From the NCBI GenBank assembly GCA_010093815.1, contig ML996577.1: a stretch of 64,000 nt of DNA. One strand, given 5' to 3'. Below, piece after piece: positions 59,959 through 64,000 of the stretch (position 1 is its first letter; every line of letters starts with the position of its first letter). Position numbers and translations under genes: made by a program. The DNA is from Pseudovirgaria hyperparasitica. Lineage: Eukaryota. The notes under the pieces were generated by a model. It had not been told where the DNA came from, made no database searches, and saw only the letters and a list, made by a program, of their open reading frames with translations.

Positions 59959-60045
59959 TGTCAGTGCCGCCGTCGCTGTCTGGACCAAGCAGCCCCGTCG
60001 CTTCAGGACTGCTGGGCCAGCTTCATTCACATCCACACACACATC

Positions 60046-63220
<3,175 letters not shown>

Positions 63221-64000
63221 GGAGGCTCTCTTGTCATGCGCTCGCTCCACCGCAAAGCGAGACATTGCTTCATATCTACCTTGTTTCCTGTTTAGCCCGT
63301 ACTTTTTCGCCGCCGCATCCCGAGGCTGCCTGAAGATCACACGCCATACTATGCTCTTCGCTTGATGGCCGACTATTTGAGAAATGGTCACACTTCTGCA
63401 CTACCAGCCCGCCGTTTGGCAACCCCTTCATATCGGAGCACACCTACAAGAAGACCATGATCTGGCACCTCCAGCAAGCGCAACGCAAAGCGGGAACACT
63501 AGAAAAGTCGGTCGGGCATGCACTTCTTCATAGCATTGCATTAAACACTGTTGGATACCATAGAGCTTCCTGGGAACAGCTCTGAATGTTTATATTCGCT
63601 GGGCGTACTTGGCGAATCGAACGGGACAATGTTGTATTGTTTTGTACATGCCGCTGGAAATCACACACAAAGCAAGGAGCTTTCTTCTAAATAGCGTGCT
63701 CGCTGCTTTCTTGAAATGCTAGCGAATTTCTTACACCTCTTTTGAACGTACATTGGACAGATTCCAGAGTTGTGCTTTGTGTGACGGACACGGGAATCGC
63801 CGCAAACGTGTGCTGTCATATCTTGTGACTATTGCATCCTCCAGTGTTGGCATGTTTGTAAATAATATAATGACTGCGGCGCGACTCGACCGCGTGTCGT
63901 GTTCCTAATTCGGGTCACTCTTCGTCAGCGCGTGACGACACTGCCGATACCCAGCGCGGGCGGGAAGCATCAGATCTAACCCGAAAGCCCTAAGTTGTGG

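Overview
Eukaryotic, intron-containing DNA from a filamentous ascomycete (Pezizomycotina; finer placement not determinable here). About 22 protein-coding genes are supportable, mostly housekeeping: PUT1, CTF4/SepB, GPI13, alpha-tubulin, PGA1-like, a divergent SUZ12-like protein, RFC4, an OpsB/yapsin-type aspartic protease, class-2 DHODH, SPT23/MGA2, a GDE1-like phosphodiesterase, a CUE-Smr nuclease, HP1, CCT5, MMS21, a Fig1-like protein and STE20. An accessory-looking island at ~39.5-48 kb holds a 462-bp non-autonomous hAT-type element with an 8-bp target-site duplication and an internal 98-bp foldback, TpA-rich RIP-like DNA, and a divergent Upc2-like Zn2Cys6 regulator/RTA1 pair. Between that pair lie an intronless archaeal-type dUTPase and a decayed ORF, bracketed by a duplicated composite motif. 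Other notable observations are a 4-nt micro-exon in the GDPD active-site region, a recurring C-rich to G-rich skew flip inside several genes, and MCB-like CGCG clusters upstream of chromosome-maintenance genes. No tRNA, rRNA or CRISPR was recognised. There is one 50-N gap (56740-56789). All calls come from motif recognition and manual splicing, not database searches.
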